Positions 26,642 through 35,120 of a stretch of 64,000 nt of DNA are shown here, piece after piece. Under the pieces are notes generated by a model, which was given only the letters and a program-made list of their open reading frames with translations, was not told the DNA's origin and did no database searches. The number at the start of each line of letters is the position of its first letter. Within the stretch, counting starts at the first letter, position 1. This DNA comes from Alistipes sp. UBA940 (GTDB lineage: Bacteria > Bacteroidota > Bacteroidia > Bacteroidales > Rikenellaceae), in contig DBDE01000043.1 in the NCBI GenBank assembly GCA_002293425.1, positions 41,021-105,020 of the forward strand. Direction: 5' to 3'. The translations under genes and the position numbers were made by a program.

Positions 26642-27369
26642 TGTCCGCGTCTATTGTTGCGCCGGTACCGCCACACACCCTGTGCCTGCTCCTTGCAACT
26701 CTCGCACCCCTCCGGTACCTCTATTTCGGCCCTCTCCACCGCCTTCACCTGAGGCGCACGCGTCTGCACCTCCCTGACCACATAAACCACCCGCTCGGGA
26801 GGCGTGCCAAACTGCTCTATCAGCCTCGCCGTACTCGCCAACCAACCCTTCGAACAACTCTGGCGATACTCCCTCACCATCAGCATTGCGCCCGCCATCC
26901 ACCCCTGATAAGGCACGCTAAGGCGATAATGCAGATTATAGGAATCTCTTCTCTTAACCTTATCGTAAGTGTAAAAAGGTTCCGGAGCATACTCGTCACT
27001 CAGCAACTCGCGCCGCTTCTCCAACCGCGTCCTTATCGCGCTCGAATAGACCACCGTCGGCAACGCCATCTTCCGATCCGCATTCTCGATGGCAAACTCC
27101 AGCACTATCCGCCCGCCCCTTCGTATATTCACCCCGCTCGCCCGCACATCCACGTCGATCAACAACTCCTTCTCACTCACCCGCGACGAAATATTTGTAA
27201 ACTCGATGCGCTGAACGCTTTGAGCTTCGCAAATGAAAAAATGAAAAAATGAAAAAATGAAAACAAGTAAAAGATTGCCGCGCCTCGCTCTCAATGACGG
27301 CGAACAACAAGTGTCATTGCGAGGAGAACAATGTTCGACGAAGCAATCTATATATCTCGATCTTTTCAT
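26638..27369 (-). CDS. DUF3868-like protein
   Basis: I prefer the ATG at 27369, which forms an ATGA overlap with the DUF3575 stop, over the track start at 27552. RIEFTNISSRVSEKELLIDVDVRASGVNIRRGGRIVLEF resembles DUF3868 proteins, which follow DUF3575 genes in Bacteroidales pilus loci. The N-terminal 30 aa are encoded by repeat-like DNA. Confidence 0.6.
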   Translation of the reverse strand: MKRSRYIDCFVEHCSPRNDTCCSPSLRARRGNLLLVFIFSFFHFFICEAQSVQRIEFTNISSRVSEKELLIDVDVRASGVNIRRGGRIVLEFAIENADRKMALPTVVYSSAIRTRLEKRRELLSDEYAPEPFYTYDKVKRRDSYNLHYRLSVPYQGWMAGAMLMVREYRQSCSKGWLASTARLIEQFGTPPERVVYVVREVQTRAPQVKAVERAEIEVPEGCESCKEQAQGVWRYRRNNRRGQ

Positions 27370-28052
27370 TTTATCATAAATGTGAGCGCAATGCCCGCTT
27401 TCGTGGGGCCGAAATAGTGGCGGTCGCGGCTCGCGGCCAGCTCGTCGCACTCGAAACAGGCGAATTTGTCGTAGTCGATATGCAGGTAACCGCCGCCCAA
27501 AGTGAACTCCATCGCCCACCGACCGCCGCCCAACGGCATATGGTAACCCCAACTGATGCCCGCGCCCATCACGTCGCCCTTATAGCGATGACTGACAAAC
27601 ACGTCGGTCAAAAAGTCGACCTGGCCGATGTTGTACTCGCCATATATCGCGTGCAAGCCCACAAAGTGTCGCTCAAAACGCTGACAAAACCAATATCGGA
27701 ACTCGGGCTGGACAAACCAAATCTGGTTGGTCGACTCTTTTTGGAGCTGAAAAGGATTATACACCACACCCGTATCCATTGTCCAGCGGCGGGCAATTCC
27801 GAACTCAAAACCGGCATTGAGCGTCGTTGTGGCCAGATATAGTGCGTTGGTCTTCACGGCAAACTTGGGCAGGTAGAGCTCGTCCGGGCGCGTTATCTGT
27901 TCGCCCGAAACCAGATAGAGCTCCTGCTTGGGAACCGAACGGTAGGTCACGCGGCGCACCTGAGCAGAGGCCGGAAAGCTCCAGAACCAGCCCAGCATCA
28001 GGGTTGCGAAAATAAGCGAATTAATCGCCCTATTTTTTCGATTTTTTGCCAC
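27366..28052 (-). CDS. DUF3575-like outer-membrane beta-barrel protein
   Basis: 228 aa. FAVKTNALYLATTTLNAGFEFGIARRWTMDTGVVYNPF...EFRYWF...GLHAIYGEYN matches the DUF3575 pattern. It is the first gene of the pilus-like operon. Confidence 0.75.
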   Translation of the reverse strand: MAKNRKNRAINSLIFATLMLGWFWSFPASAQVRRVTYRSVPKQELYLVSGEQITRPDELYLPKFAVKTNALYLATTTLNAGFEFGIARRWTMDTGVVYNPFQLQKESTNQIWFVQPEFRYWFCQRFERHFVGLHAIYGEYNIGQVDFLTDVFVSHRYKGDVMGAGISWGYHMPLGGGRWAMEFTLGGGYLHIDYDKFACFECDELAASRDRHYFGPTKAGIALTFMIK

Positions 28053-28093
28053 GTAACCTACTCTTTATCAACACATTAGATGGTCTCTTCGTT

Positions 28094-28347
28094 ATCTGTC
28101 GCCTAAAAAGCGACAGATGTTTTCACACGGCAAATGTAAAACATATTTTTTTATTTCTACAAATAAATCGTTAAAAAAATAAATATTTTTTGCCTATACA
28201 TACGACGAACGACCCTTGAATTAGGGGCCGTTCTGCGAGCTAATACTCTGGCTACAAGCCACTTATATCGCTAAGATAAACCGTCGTAATATAACTACAC
28301 ATCTGTCGCTTTTAAAGCGACAGATGTTAACGTAAAAGCGACAGATG
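28094..28347. repeat. Cluster of GCGACAGATG / CATCTGTCGC motifs forming two hairpins plus one extra copy
   Basis: ATCTGTCGC at 28094-28102 pairs with GCGACAGATG at 28110-28119. CATCTGTCGC at 28300-28309 pairs with GCGACAGATG at 28317-28326. A further GCGACAGATG lies at 28338-28347, and a related TCGACAGATA at 29571-29580. Confidence 0.8.
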
Positions 28348-28370
28348 GATTTTGAGAGTTTAAGAGTGGT

Positions 28371-28406
28371 GGTAAAAAATAAATCCCACCCTCTAAAAGG
28401 GTGGGA
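28371..28406 (-). terminator. Rho-independent terminator of the recombinase gene
   Basis: 8-bp stem TCCCACCC/GGGTGGGA with loop TCTAAAA, followed on the minus strand by a T-rich run (TTTATTTTTT). It lies 30 nt after the stop at 28436. Confidence 0.65.
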
Positions 28407-28435
28407 AATCGCACTAAAAACCTATAATAAATATA

Positions 28436-29461
28436 CTAAACCCTGACAGAATTGCCCACAGCAACGTCCGGCAACTTCCTCGGCCGACCGCGCGGACGCT
28501 TAGGCGGAGCAACAACAGCATCCGACACCAACCGCGAAGCATCGTCCAACGAATTGAGGTACTCCTTGGTCTTCTTGTGGCTCTGATAGCCCAGCCCCTC
28601 GCTGATCAAGTCGATGGGCAAACCCGCGCTCTGGGCCACCGTAGCCCAGCTGTGACGCGCATCCTGGGTCGAAAAACGCTTATTTATCCCCAACAATTTC
28701 GCCACCCGTTTCAGCCTCTCGTTCTGCAACCTAAGGCCGTTCTCATACTGAAGCATAGGGTTTTTACGCGAATCGACAATCACCGGGAAAAGATACTCGC
28801 TCCCCTCCACCTGCGGCTCGAACCACTCCAAAATGCGCCTCATAGGCTCGTGAACCACAACCTCCACCAACTGCTCCGTCTTGCGCCGAGCATAGCGAAT
28901 AACGTCGCCCTCACGATCGCTCTTTTTCAAAAAAGCCATATCGACAAAGCTCATCCCCCGCGCGTGATAGCAAAACAGAAAAATCGCCAACGCATTCCGC
29001 AAAGCAAGCGGCATCTCGCCCTCGACATCGAACTCCAACGCGGCCAACTGCTGCAACTCGTCCTGCGAAAGAGCCATCTTCTTGACCGTCGCAACACCCG
29101 TATACGTGGTCGAAAATGGGCTCACGGTGCGCTCCGTAACGATTTTTTCGGCCACGGCCTTATTGTAAATCGAGCGCAGCGTCCGCATATAAAACGAGAT
29201 GGAATTGAGGTTCAGCCCCTGCTTTTTGAGATGTTTCTGAAAATCGCCCATCAGGGAAGAATTGATCTGCTCCAGCCTCAAATCTTCGCCGCAAAAGTCG
29301 ACCAACCGCCTCACAGCCGTCCTATACGCCCGCGCGGTCCGGCCGAAACCGTCGTGCTCCAATTCGACAGCCAGCTTCTCGGCATAGCGCACCAAGCTAC
29401 CGCCCACCTGCACGGCAGACCGTAGCTTATCCACGATATCGTTTATTCCGTAATTTCTCAC
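28436..29461 (-). CDS. Tyrosine-type site-specific recombinase/integrase
   Basis: 341 aa. N-terminal SAM-like domain (LMGDFQKHLKKQGLNLNSISFYMRTLRSIYNKA). Catalytic region ...ARHSWATVAQSAG...LGYQSHKKTKEYL (RHxxxT and a terminal Tyr). The C-terminal tail KRPRGRPRK resembles an AT-hook. Confidence 0.85.
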   Translation of the reverse strand: MRNYGINDIVDKLRSAVQVGGSLVRYAEKLAVELEHDGFGRTARAYRTAVRRLVDFCGEDLRLEQINSSLMGDFQKHLKKQGLNLNSISFYMRTLRSIYNKAVAEKIVTERTVSPFSTTYTGVATVKKMALSQDELQQLAALEFDVEGEMPLALRNALAIFLFCYHARGMSFVDMAFLKKSDREGDVIRYARRKTEQLVEVVVHEPMRRILEWFEPQVEGSEYLFPVIVDSRKNPMLQYENGLRLQNERLKRVAKLLGINKRFSTQDARHSWATVAQSAGLPIDLISEGLGYQSHKKTKEYLNSLDDASRLVSDAVVAPPKRPRGRPRKLPDVAVGNSVRV

Positions 29462-29615
29462 AGGGCAAAAACGGGTTAGCGAATTAACGCCGTAAAGATA
29501 CGAATTTTTTGCCGAATTATTGCCTTTTTACTAACATTTTCTAACCGATTCGCTAACCACGCACTCTGAATCGACAGATATTTTTTTATTTGTAAAGTTT
29601 TTGTAACTTCGTATC

Positions 29616-30557
29616 GTGAAAAACGAGATTGACCTTGTATATCTGTGGGTGGACGGTAGCGATCCGGAATGGCTGGCGCGCAAACGTGCGACTACGGGCG
29701 ATTTTCAGCCCAATTCGGAGACCGACGACGTGGCGCGCTGGCTGAGCAACGATGAGCTGAAATATTCGTTTCGTTCGATGGAAAAGTTCGCCCCGTGGGT
29801 GCGCAAGGTGTTTATCGTCACCGACCGTCAGGTACCATCGTGGCTCGATACGGCCAACGAGCGTGTTCGTGTGGTCGACCACAGCGAGATTTTTCCGCCC
29901 GAGGCGTTGCCGTGCTTCAATTCGAGCGTTATAGAGTATTTTTTGCACCGGATCCCGGGCCTTGCGCCGCGGTTTTTGTTTGCCAACGACGATATGTTTT
30001 TCGGCCAGGCGGTGGGTCCGGAGTTCTTTTTCGGCGAGGACGGATGGCCCGTTTTGAGGTTGAAACGAAAGCTGTTCGGAAAGCTTCGTTATGCGGTCAA
30101 ACGTGCGTTGAAGATGGGTTTCGGCCATTACCGGCGGATGGTTTACCGCTCGGCGTGTTTGGTGGAGGAGATCTCGGGGCGGTTTTTTTCGGGCATTCCG
30201 CACCACAACATCGACGCTTATGTGAGGGATGATTATGCGCGGGCGGTGGAGCAGATTTTTGCGGATGAGGTTTGCAAGAGCCAGGTCAATCGCACTCGGG
30301 CGGATGGCGATTTCCACCGTTCGGCCATAGGATTGTGGGCGTTGGCGATCGGGCACGCCCATATGCATTATGTTGCTTCGCGGTCGGAGAGTTTTCGGAT
30401 CCCTGTCCATAAGCCCGATTTTATGGGACTGTACCGTCGTTTTCGGCCGAAGTTGTTTTGTTTGAACGATTCTCAGCACTCTTCGGCGGATGATCGGCGG
30501 CGGATCGTACCGTTTTTGGAAGAGCTGTTCCCCGAGAAGTCATCGTTCGAATTATGA
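29616..30557 (+). CDS. Stealth-family capsular polysaccharide phosphotransferase-like protein
   Basis: 313 aa with a GTG start. DLVYLWVDGSDPEW matches Stealth CR1. NDELKYSFRSMEKFAPWVRKVFIVTDRQVPSWL matches CR2. Confidence 0.8.
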   Translation: MKNEIDLVYLWVDGSDPEWLARKRATTGDFQPNSETDDVARWLSNDELKYSFRSMEKFAPWVRKVFIVTDRQVPSWLDTANERVRVVDHSEIFPPEALPCFNSSVIEYFLHRIPGLAPRFLFANDDMFFGQAVGPEFFFGEDGWPVLRLKRKLFGKLRYAVKRALKMGFGHYRRMVYRSACLVEEISGRFFSGIPHHNIDAYVRDDYARAVEQIFADEVCKSQVNRTRADGDFHRSAIGLWALAIGHAHMHYVASRSESFRIPVHKPDFMGLYRRFRPKLFCLNDSQHSSADDRRRIVPFLEELFPEKSSFEL

Positions 30558-30979
30558 ATAGGGTCATAGCAATCGACTACGGGACAAAACGCACGGGCAT
30601 CGCGGTGACCGACCCGTTGCAGATAATCGCGAGCCCACTGGAAACGGTGCCGACCCACACGCTTTTCGAATGGCTGACAAACTATTTCGGTCGCGAAAAC
30701 GTTAGTGTGGTTGTGGTCGGCCGACCGACGCAGATGGACGGGTCGCCGTCGAGCGTCACGCCCCATATCGACGCCTTTGTCAGGAAATTTTGCACCCTGT
30801 TTCCCGACAAGCGGCTGGTCCGGCACGACGAGCGGTTCACGTCGGTGATGGCCCAACGGGCAATGATCGACGGCGGAGTGAAAAAGATGGCGCGGCGCGA
30901 CAAAGCAATGGTGGACAGGGTCAGCGCGGCGATAATTTTGCAAAGCTATCTGGCAACCGAGAAAAACTTAAATTTATGA
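30554..30979 (+). CDS. ruvX: Holliday junction resolvase-like protein RuvX/YqgF
   Basis: 141 aa with IAIDYGTKRTGIAVTDP, VVVGRPTQMDGS and DERFTSVMA. Confidence 0.9.
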   Translation: MNRVIAIDYGTKRTGIAVTDPLQIIASPLETVPTHTLFEWLTNYFGRENVSVVVVGRPTQMDGSPSSVTPHIDAFVRKFCTLFPDKRLVRHDERFTSVMAQRAMIDGGVKKMARRDKAMVDRVSAAIILQSYLATEKNLNL

Positions 30980-31539
30980 ATATACTTGCAATGACAATTC
31001 TTCCTATCGTGGTTTATGGGTCGCCGGTGTTGCGGGCCGAGAGTGTGGAGATCGACAGCACCTATCCGGCTGTCGATCAATTGATTACAGATATGTTCGC
31101 AACGATGTACGAAGCCGAAGGCGTGGGTCTGGCGGCTCCGCAGGTGGGCAAAAACATTCGTCTCTTCGTGGTCGATCTGTCGGCGTGGGGCGAGGACGAG
31201 CCCGAGCTGGAAGGCTACAAACGGGTGTTTATCAACCCCGAGATCTACGAATATTCGGACGAAACGGGACTATACAGCGAGGGCTGCCTGTCGCTTCCCG
31301 GGCTGAACGAGGATGTTTCGCGGCCGGTAACGATTCGGATGAGGTATCTGGATGAGAATTTCGAGCCCCGCGACTGCGAGTTCACGGGTCGTCCGGCGCG
31401 GGTTATACAGCACGAGTACGACCATCTGGAAGGTATCGTCTACACCGACCGCCTGTCGCCCCTGCGCCGTAGCCTGCTCAAAAGCAAACTATCCAACCTC
31501 ACCAAAGGGAAATACAAAGCGAGTTATCGGACGAAATAA
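30976..31539 (+). CDS. def: Peptide deformylase
   Basis: The ATG at 30976 forms an ATGA overlap with ruvX. GVGLAAPQVG, EGCLSLPG and QHEYDHLEG are the three canonical deformylase motifs. The track's longer ORF from 30790 is not needed. Confidence 0.9.
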   Translation: MNILAMTILPIVVYGSPVLRAESVEIDSTYPAVDQLITDMFATMYEAEGVGLAAPQVGKNIRLFVVDLSAWGEDEPELEGYKRVFINPEIYEYSDETGLYSEGCLSLPGLNEDVSRPVTIRMRYLDENFEPRDCEFTGRPARVIQHEYDHLEGIVYTDRLSPLRRSLLKSKLSNLTKGKYKASYRTK

Positions 31540-31540
31540 G

Positions 31541-31611
31541 TTGAGCTAACAGGATTCGAACCTATACAGGCAGAACCAAAATCTGCAGTGCTACCATTAC
31601 ACCATAGCTCA
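31541..31611 (-). tRNA. tRNA-Gln (anticodon TTG)
   Basis: 71 nt on the minus strand. Acceptor stem TGAGCTA/TAGCTCA. Anticodon stem GCAGA/TCTGC with loop TTTTGGT. T arm ATAGG-TTCGAAT-CCTGT. Confidence 0.85.
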
Positions 31612-31630
31612 ATGGAAGTGCAAAGGTACA

Positions 31631-32716
31631 CTATTTCAGGTAAATATCCAAAAGTTCGTGGGCAGCGACAAACGGGGTGATGCGGTCCTGCAAAACGCGA
31701 CGCCTATACTCGGGCAACAGCTTCTCCACCCGCGGATCGTTATAAAACCCGCTCCGCAACGCATCCTCGATGGTCTCGCGCATCCAATAGCTGTTCTGAA
31801 AATGGCGATTGTCGCGAAAAAAACCGTTCCCCTCCACAAACCCCAAAAACTCCTCCACCCCACCCCAAACATCCTCTAAACCCGTACGCGCACGCGCCGA
31901 ACAAGTGTAAACCCGCGGACGCCAACCGCTCGCCGGAGTGGGAAACAGCATCAACGCATTCTCGAACTGCCGCTTGGCAAGATCGGCGCGCAAAACATTG
32001 TCGCCCTCGGCCTTGGTTATCACCACCGCATCCGCCATCTCCATAATGCCCCGCTTAATGCCCTGCAACTCGTCGCCCGCACCGGCAATCTGAAGCAACA
32101 AAAACATATCGACCATCGAATGCACCACGGTCTCCGACTGCCCAACCCCCACCGTCTCGACAAAAATCACATCATAACCCGCCGCCTCACACAGCACAAT
32201 CGTCTCGCGAGTCTTGCGCGCCACGCCCCCCAGCGAACCCGCCGACGGAGAGGGACGAATGAAAATACGCCGATCGGTCGAAATGCTCTCCATCCGCGTC
32301 TTATCTCCCAAAATCGACCCTCCGCTCCGTTCACTCGACGGGTCGATAGCCAGCACTGCCAACCTGTGTCCCTTATCGGCCACCATACCGCCGATGGCCT
32401 CGATAAATGTCGATTTTCCCGCTCCCGGCACTCCCGTGATACCCACCCTCACCGATCTTCCGGCGTGGGGCAGGCACCGCCCGATTATCTCCTGCGCCTG
32501 CCGCTCGTGGACAGGATTGCTGCTCTCGACCAGCGTGATAGCCTGGCTCAAAACCGAAATATCGCCGCGCAAAATCCCATCTACAAACTGCTCGGTGGTG
32601 AGTTGCGGTCGCCTGCGACGAACATACGAAGGATTGACCACAGGCTGGCCGTCGACTCCCGCCGTGACCTCCAGCGCACTGTCGGGGCGCGTATTTTCAA
32701 AGTGACGATGCTTCAT
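31631..32716 (-). CDS. meaB: MeaB/ArgK-type methylmalonyl-CoA mutase-associated GTPase
   Basis: I prefer the ATG at 32716 (MKHRHFENTR...), which forms an ATGA overlap with the upstream gene. P-loop GVPGAGKST, DPSSERSGGSILGDKTRM and ETVGVGQSE are present. Confidence 0.85.
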   Translation of the reverse strand: MKHRHFENTRPDSALEVTAGVDGQPVVNPSYVRRRRPQLTTEQFVDGILRGDISVLSQAITLVESSNPVHERQAQEIIGRCLPHAGRSVRVGITGVPGAGKSTFIEAIGGMVADKGHRLAVLAIDPSSERSGGSILGDKTRMESISTDRRIFIRPSPSAGSLGGVARKTRETIVLCEAAGYDVIFVETVGVGQSETVVHSMVDMFLLLQIAGAGDELQGIKRGIMEMADAVVITKAEGDNVLRADLAKRQFENALMLFPTPASGWRPRVYTCSARARTGLEDVWGGVEEFLGFVEGNGFFRDNRHFQNSYWMRETIEDALRSGFYNDPRVEKLLPEYRRRVLQDRITPFVAAHELLDIYLK

Positions 32717-33663
32717 AATCCATATTTTCGGTTGAACGCTGCCAAGTCGTCGCCCGTCAACTTCTTTTTCCACCTCTTGTGGCTCCACAGCCACAGCTCG
32801 GGCACGCGACAGATCTCGGCCTCCAGCATCTCGCCATAACGGCGGGTGATCAAGTGGTCCTCGGTGGGGCTCACCCCGTCCCAAATCAGCTCGAAAGTTT
32901 GCTCCCAATGGCCCCGACGCACCTTGCGAACATGCATATAAAAGATAGGCAGCGAGAACTTCCGCGCAATCTTCTCCCCGCCGTGAAAAAACACCGTGGG
33001 ATGGTTGAGGAACGGCACCCACTCGCTGAACGCATCCAACGGAGCATTCTGATCGGAAATCAGCGCAACGCTGAGAGGGCGGCCCTGCAACCCGTCTTTA
33101 TTCGCCAGATAATAACGTATCAGCTCGGTATTCGGAATGGAGTTGATGGCAGGTGCGAACCGATTGCGGATCCGGCGATAATACATATCGAAAACCTTGC
33201 CCTTCAGCGGCTTATAGAGCGACACCATAGCCGCCGAATCGGGCCACAAACCGAACGTACTCAGCATCTCCCAACTGCCATAATGGCCCAACAACGTCAC
33301 CCAATTGCGCGAACCCGCTATCCGGTTGAGTGCGCGCCGATTCTCCTCGGGCCAATCGCAACGCTTCATAAGTTGCCGCCGCGAAATGCTCGCCAAATCG
33401 ACCGCATCGACAAAATACTCCGCCAAATTGGTGTAAAACCTGCGCTCAATGGCTCTCAATTCATCCCGCGATCTATCCGGAAACGAGCTCTCCAAATTGG
33501 AACGCACCACACCCAGCCGATAACGCACAACCCTATAAAGCACAAAAGCCACGAACCGAGCCAACACCCCATAGAGAAACCACAGCGGCAACAGTCCCAC
33601 AAGCCAGCAAACAGAAAAAACAACTATATATAACAATCTACTCATCGCTTCCCCTGACAACAA
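32713..33663 (-). CDS. Lysophospholipid/lipid A (LpxL/HtrB-type) acyltransferase family protein
   Basis: 316 aa with an N-terminal TM helix. LLGHYGSWE is a candidate HX4D/E-like region, and the overall pattern fits the lauroyl acyltransferase family. An alternative start lies at 33645. Confidence 0.7.
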   Translation of the reverse strand: MLSGEAMSRLLYIVVFSVCWLVGLLPLWFLYGVLARFVAFVLYRVVRYRLGVVRSNLESSFPDRSRDELRAIERRFYTNLAEYFVDAVDLASISRRQLMKRCDWPEENRRALNRIAGSRNWVTLLGHYGSWEMLSTFGLWPDSAAMVSLYKPLKGKVFDMYYRRIRNRFAPAINSIPNTELIRYYLANKDGLQGRPLSVALISDQNAPLDAFSEWVPFLNHPTVFFHGGEKIARKFSLPIFYMHVRKVRRGHWEQTFELIWDGVSPTEDHLITRRYGEMLEAEICRVPELWLWSHKRWKKKLTGDDLAAFNRKYGL

Positions 33664-34306
33664 TCACAAACTCCCCTTTCGGCGGATGCTCCCTGAAATG
33701 GCCCACCACATCGACAAGCGCACCCCTCACCGTCTGTTCGAACTTCTTGCTCAGCTCCCGCGACACCGAAACCTGTCTCTGCCCCCCGAACACCTCGGCA
33801 AACTGCTCCAACGTCCTCACCACCCGAAACGGCGACTCATAAAAAACCATCGTTCTCGGCTCCGCAGCCAACATCTGCAACCTCGAACTGCGGCCCTTCT
33901 TAATGGGCAAAAATCCCTCGAAGCAAAACCTCTCCGTCGGGAAACCACTATCCACCAACGCCGGAACAAACGCCGTCGCCCCAGGCAAACACTCCACCTC
34001 GATCCCCGCCGCCAAACACTCCCTGACCAACAAAAACCCGGGATCGGAAATGCCCGGCGTACCCGCATCGCTCACCAACGCAATCTTTCGTCCCGAGGAG
34101 AGCTCCCTCGCAACACCCCCCACCGCCGCGTGTTCGTTGAACTTATGGTGAGAGCGCATCGGCGTGGAAATCTCATAATGGCGCAGCAACACAGCCGTCG
34201 TCCGCGTATCCTCGGCCAGCACCAAATCGACCTCCCGCAACACACGAACAGCCCTCAGAGTAATATCCTCCAAGTTCCCAATCGGCGTCGGAACAAGATA
34301 CAGCAT
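33638..34306 (-). CDS. rsmI: 16S rRNA (cytidine1402-2'-O)-methyltransferase
   Basis: 222 aa with MLYLVPTPIGNLEDITLRAVRVL...LAEDTR and SDAGTPGISDPG. Confidence 0.9.
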   Translation of the reverse strand: MLYLVPTPIGNLEDITLRAVRVLREVDLVLAEDTRTTAVLLRHYEISTPMRSHHKFNEHAAVGGVARELSSGRKIALVSDAGTPGISDPGFLLVRECLAAGIEVECLPGATAFVPALVDSGFPTERFCFEGFLPIKKGRSSRLQMLAAEPRTMVFYESPFRVVRTLEQFAEVFGGQRQVSVSRELSKKFEQTVRGALVDVVGHFREHPPKGEFVIVVRGSDE

Positions 34307-35065
34307 CTAAGCAAACCTCCGTTCCAGCAAATTCATCAACAACATCACCCCCTCGCTGTCGGGGTCGAGCGCAAAATTGTCGTGCAGCCAAATCACGGCA
34401 TCGTCCAACGTCCGGAACCTGTCCAGCTGGTCGATGGTGCGGTCGAACGCCGCCGTGTCGCCCCTAAACATATCGCGAATCATCAAAAAACGGTCGTTCA
34501 GCCCGATGGATTTGCGCAAACTCACCCCGCTCGGCACCACCGGAACACCCGGAACTTCGGCCTTCAACGCATCGCCCAAAGTGTGCTTCGGCTCGGCAAT
34601 AGGCGTATCGTCCCGCAAAGAATCACCCAGAGTCTGCCCTTCGACAGGCTCGGTCTTTGGGGTCGGCCGACTTGCCGGAGCAGAATTTTCGCCATAAAGC
34701 GACTGAATCACCTCCGGCTTCACCACCGGCCGCGGCGTAAACGGCTTAACAGGCTCTTCGACAGGCTTCACCGGCGCAGGATCGAACTCGGGATCGGGTT
34801 CGGCCATCCAAACCGTTTCGAGTTCCTCCTCTTCCTCGGGAACAGGCTGAGGATTTTTTTCGACTTGCGAATGCAAGTCGTCAGTCACCCGCCCCCCTGC
34901 GCGGGGGACTGCACTAAACGTTTCGTCCCCGCTGGCGGCTGACTGACCTGAAAACTTAATCTGTTCGTAAACCTGCCTGAGCAAATCCATCGCCAAATCT
35001 CTCTCCAACTCACCCCCATCGACCAAAACCGCGATGCGATTTAATTTTTCTTGTATGTTTTTCAT
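34307..35065 (-). CDS. Hypothetical protein with a low-complexity Pro/Glu-rich centre and a conserved-looking C-terminal domain
   Basis: 252 aa. I recognise no domain. The central part is encoded by GC-rich hairpin-forming DNA (for example CGACTTGC-GAAT-GCAAGTCG at 34861-34880). Confidence 0.55.
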   Translation of the reverse strand: MKNIQEKLNRIAVLVDGGELERDLAMDLLRQVYEQIKFSGQSAASGDETFSAVPRAGGRVTDDLHSQVEKNPQPVPEEEEELETVWMAEPDPEFDPAPVKPVEEPVKPFTPRPVVKPEVIQSLYGENSAPASRPTPKTEPVEGQTLGDSLRDDTPIAEPKHTLGDALKAEVPGVPVVPSGVSLRKSIGLNDRFLMIRDMFRGDTAAFDRTIDQLDRFRTLDDAVIWLHDNFALDPDSEGVMLLMNLLERRFA

Positions 35066-35085
35066 AGTTGTTGCAAATTTAGTTA

Positions 35086-35093
35086 TAATTTTG
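35086..35093 (+). promoter_or_regulatory. Bacteroidetes -7 promoter box (TAnnTTTG) for lysA
   Basis: TAATTTTG, 27 nt upstream of the lysA ATG. Confidence 0.45.
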
Positions 35094-35120
35094 CACCCCT
35101 AACCCAAAATGTGAACAAAA

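Noticed and set aside
27228-27272. CRISPR-like or other spaced repeat arrays (also checked at 36276-36385, 41985-42030 and 48119-48190).
   Set aside because: The units are only 7-9 nt, directly tandem and without spacers. No cas genes are present in the window.
28141-28200. A consensus TAnnTTTG promoter box inside the putative invertible segment.
   Set aside because: The best candidate (TATTTTTTG near 28184-28192) has one T too many for the 8-nt consensus. I also found no exact match on the other strand. The promoter claim is therefore left open.
30790-30975. N-terminal extension of the deformylase ORF (track start 30790).
   Set aside because: The extension overlaps ruvX in another frame and is Arg/Gly-rich. 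The ATG at 30976 gives the canonical Def N-terminus with an ATGA junction.
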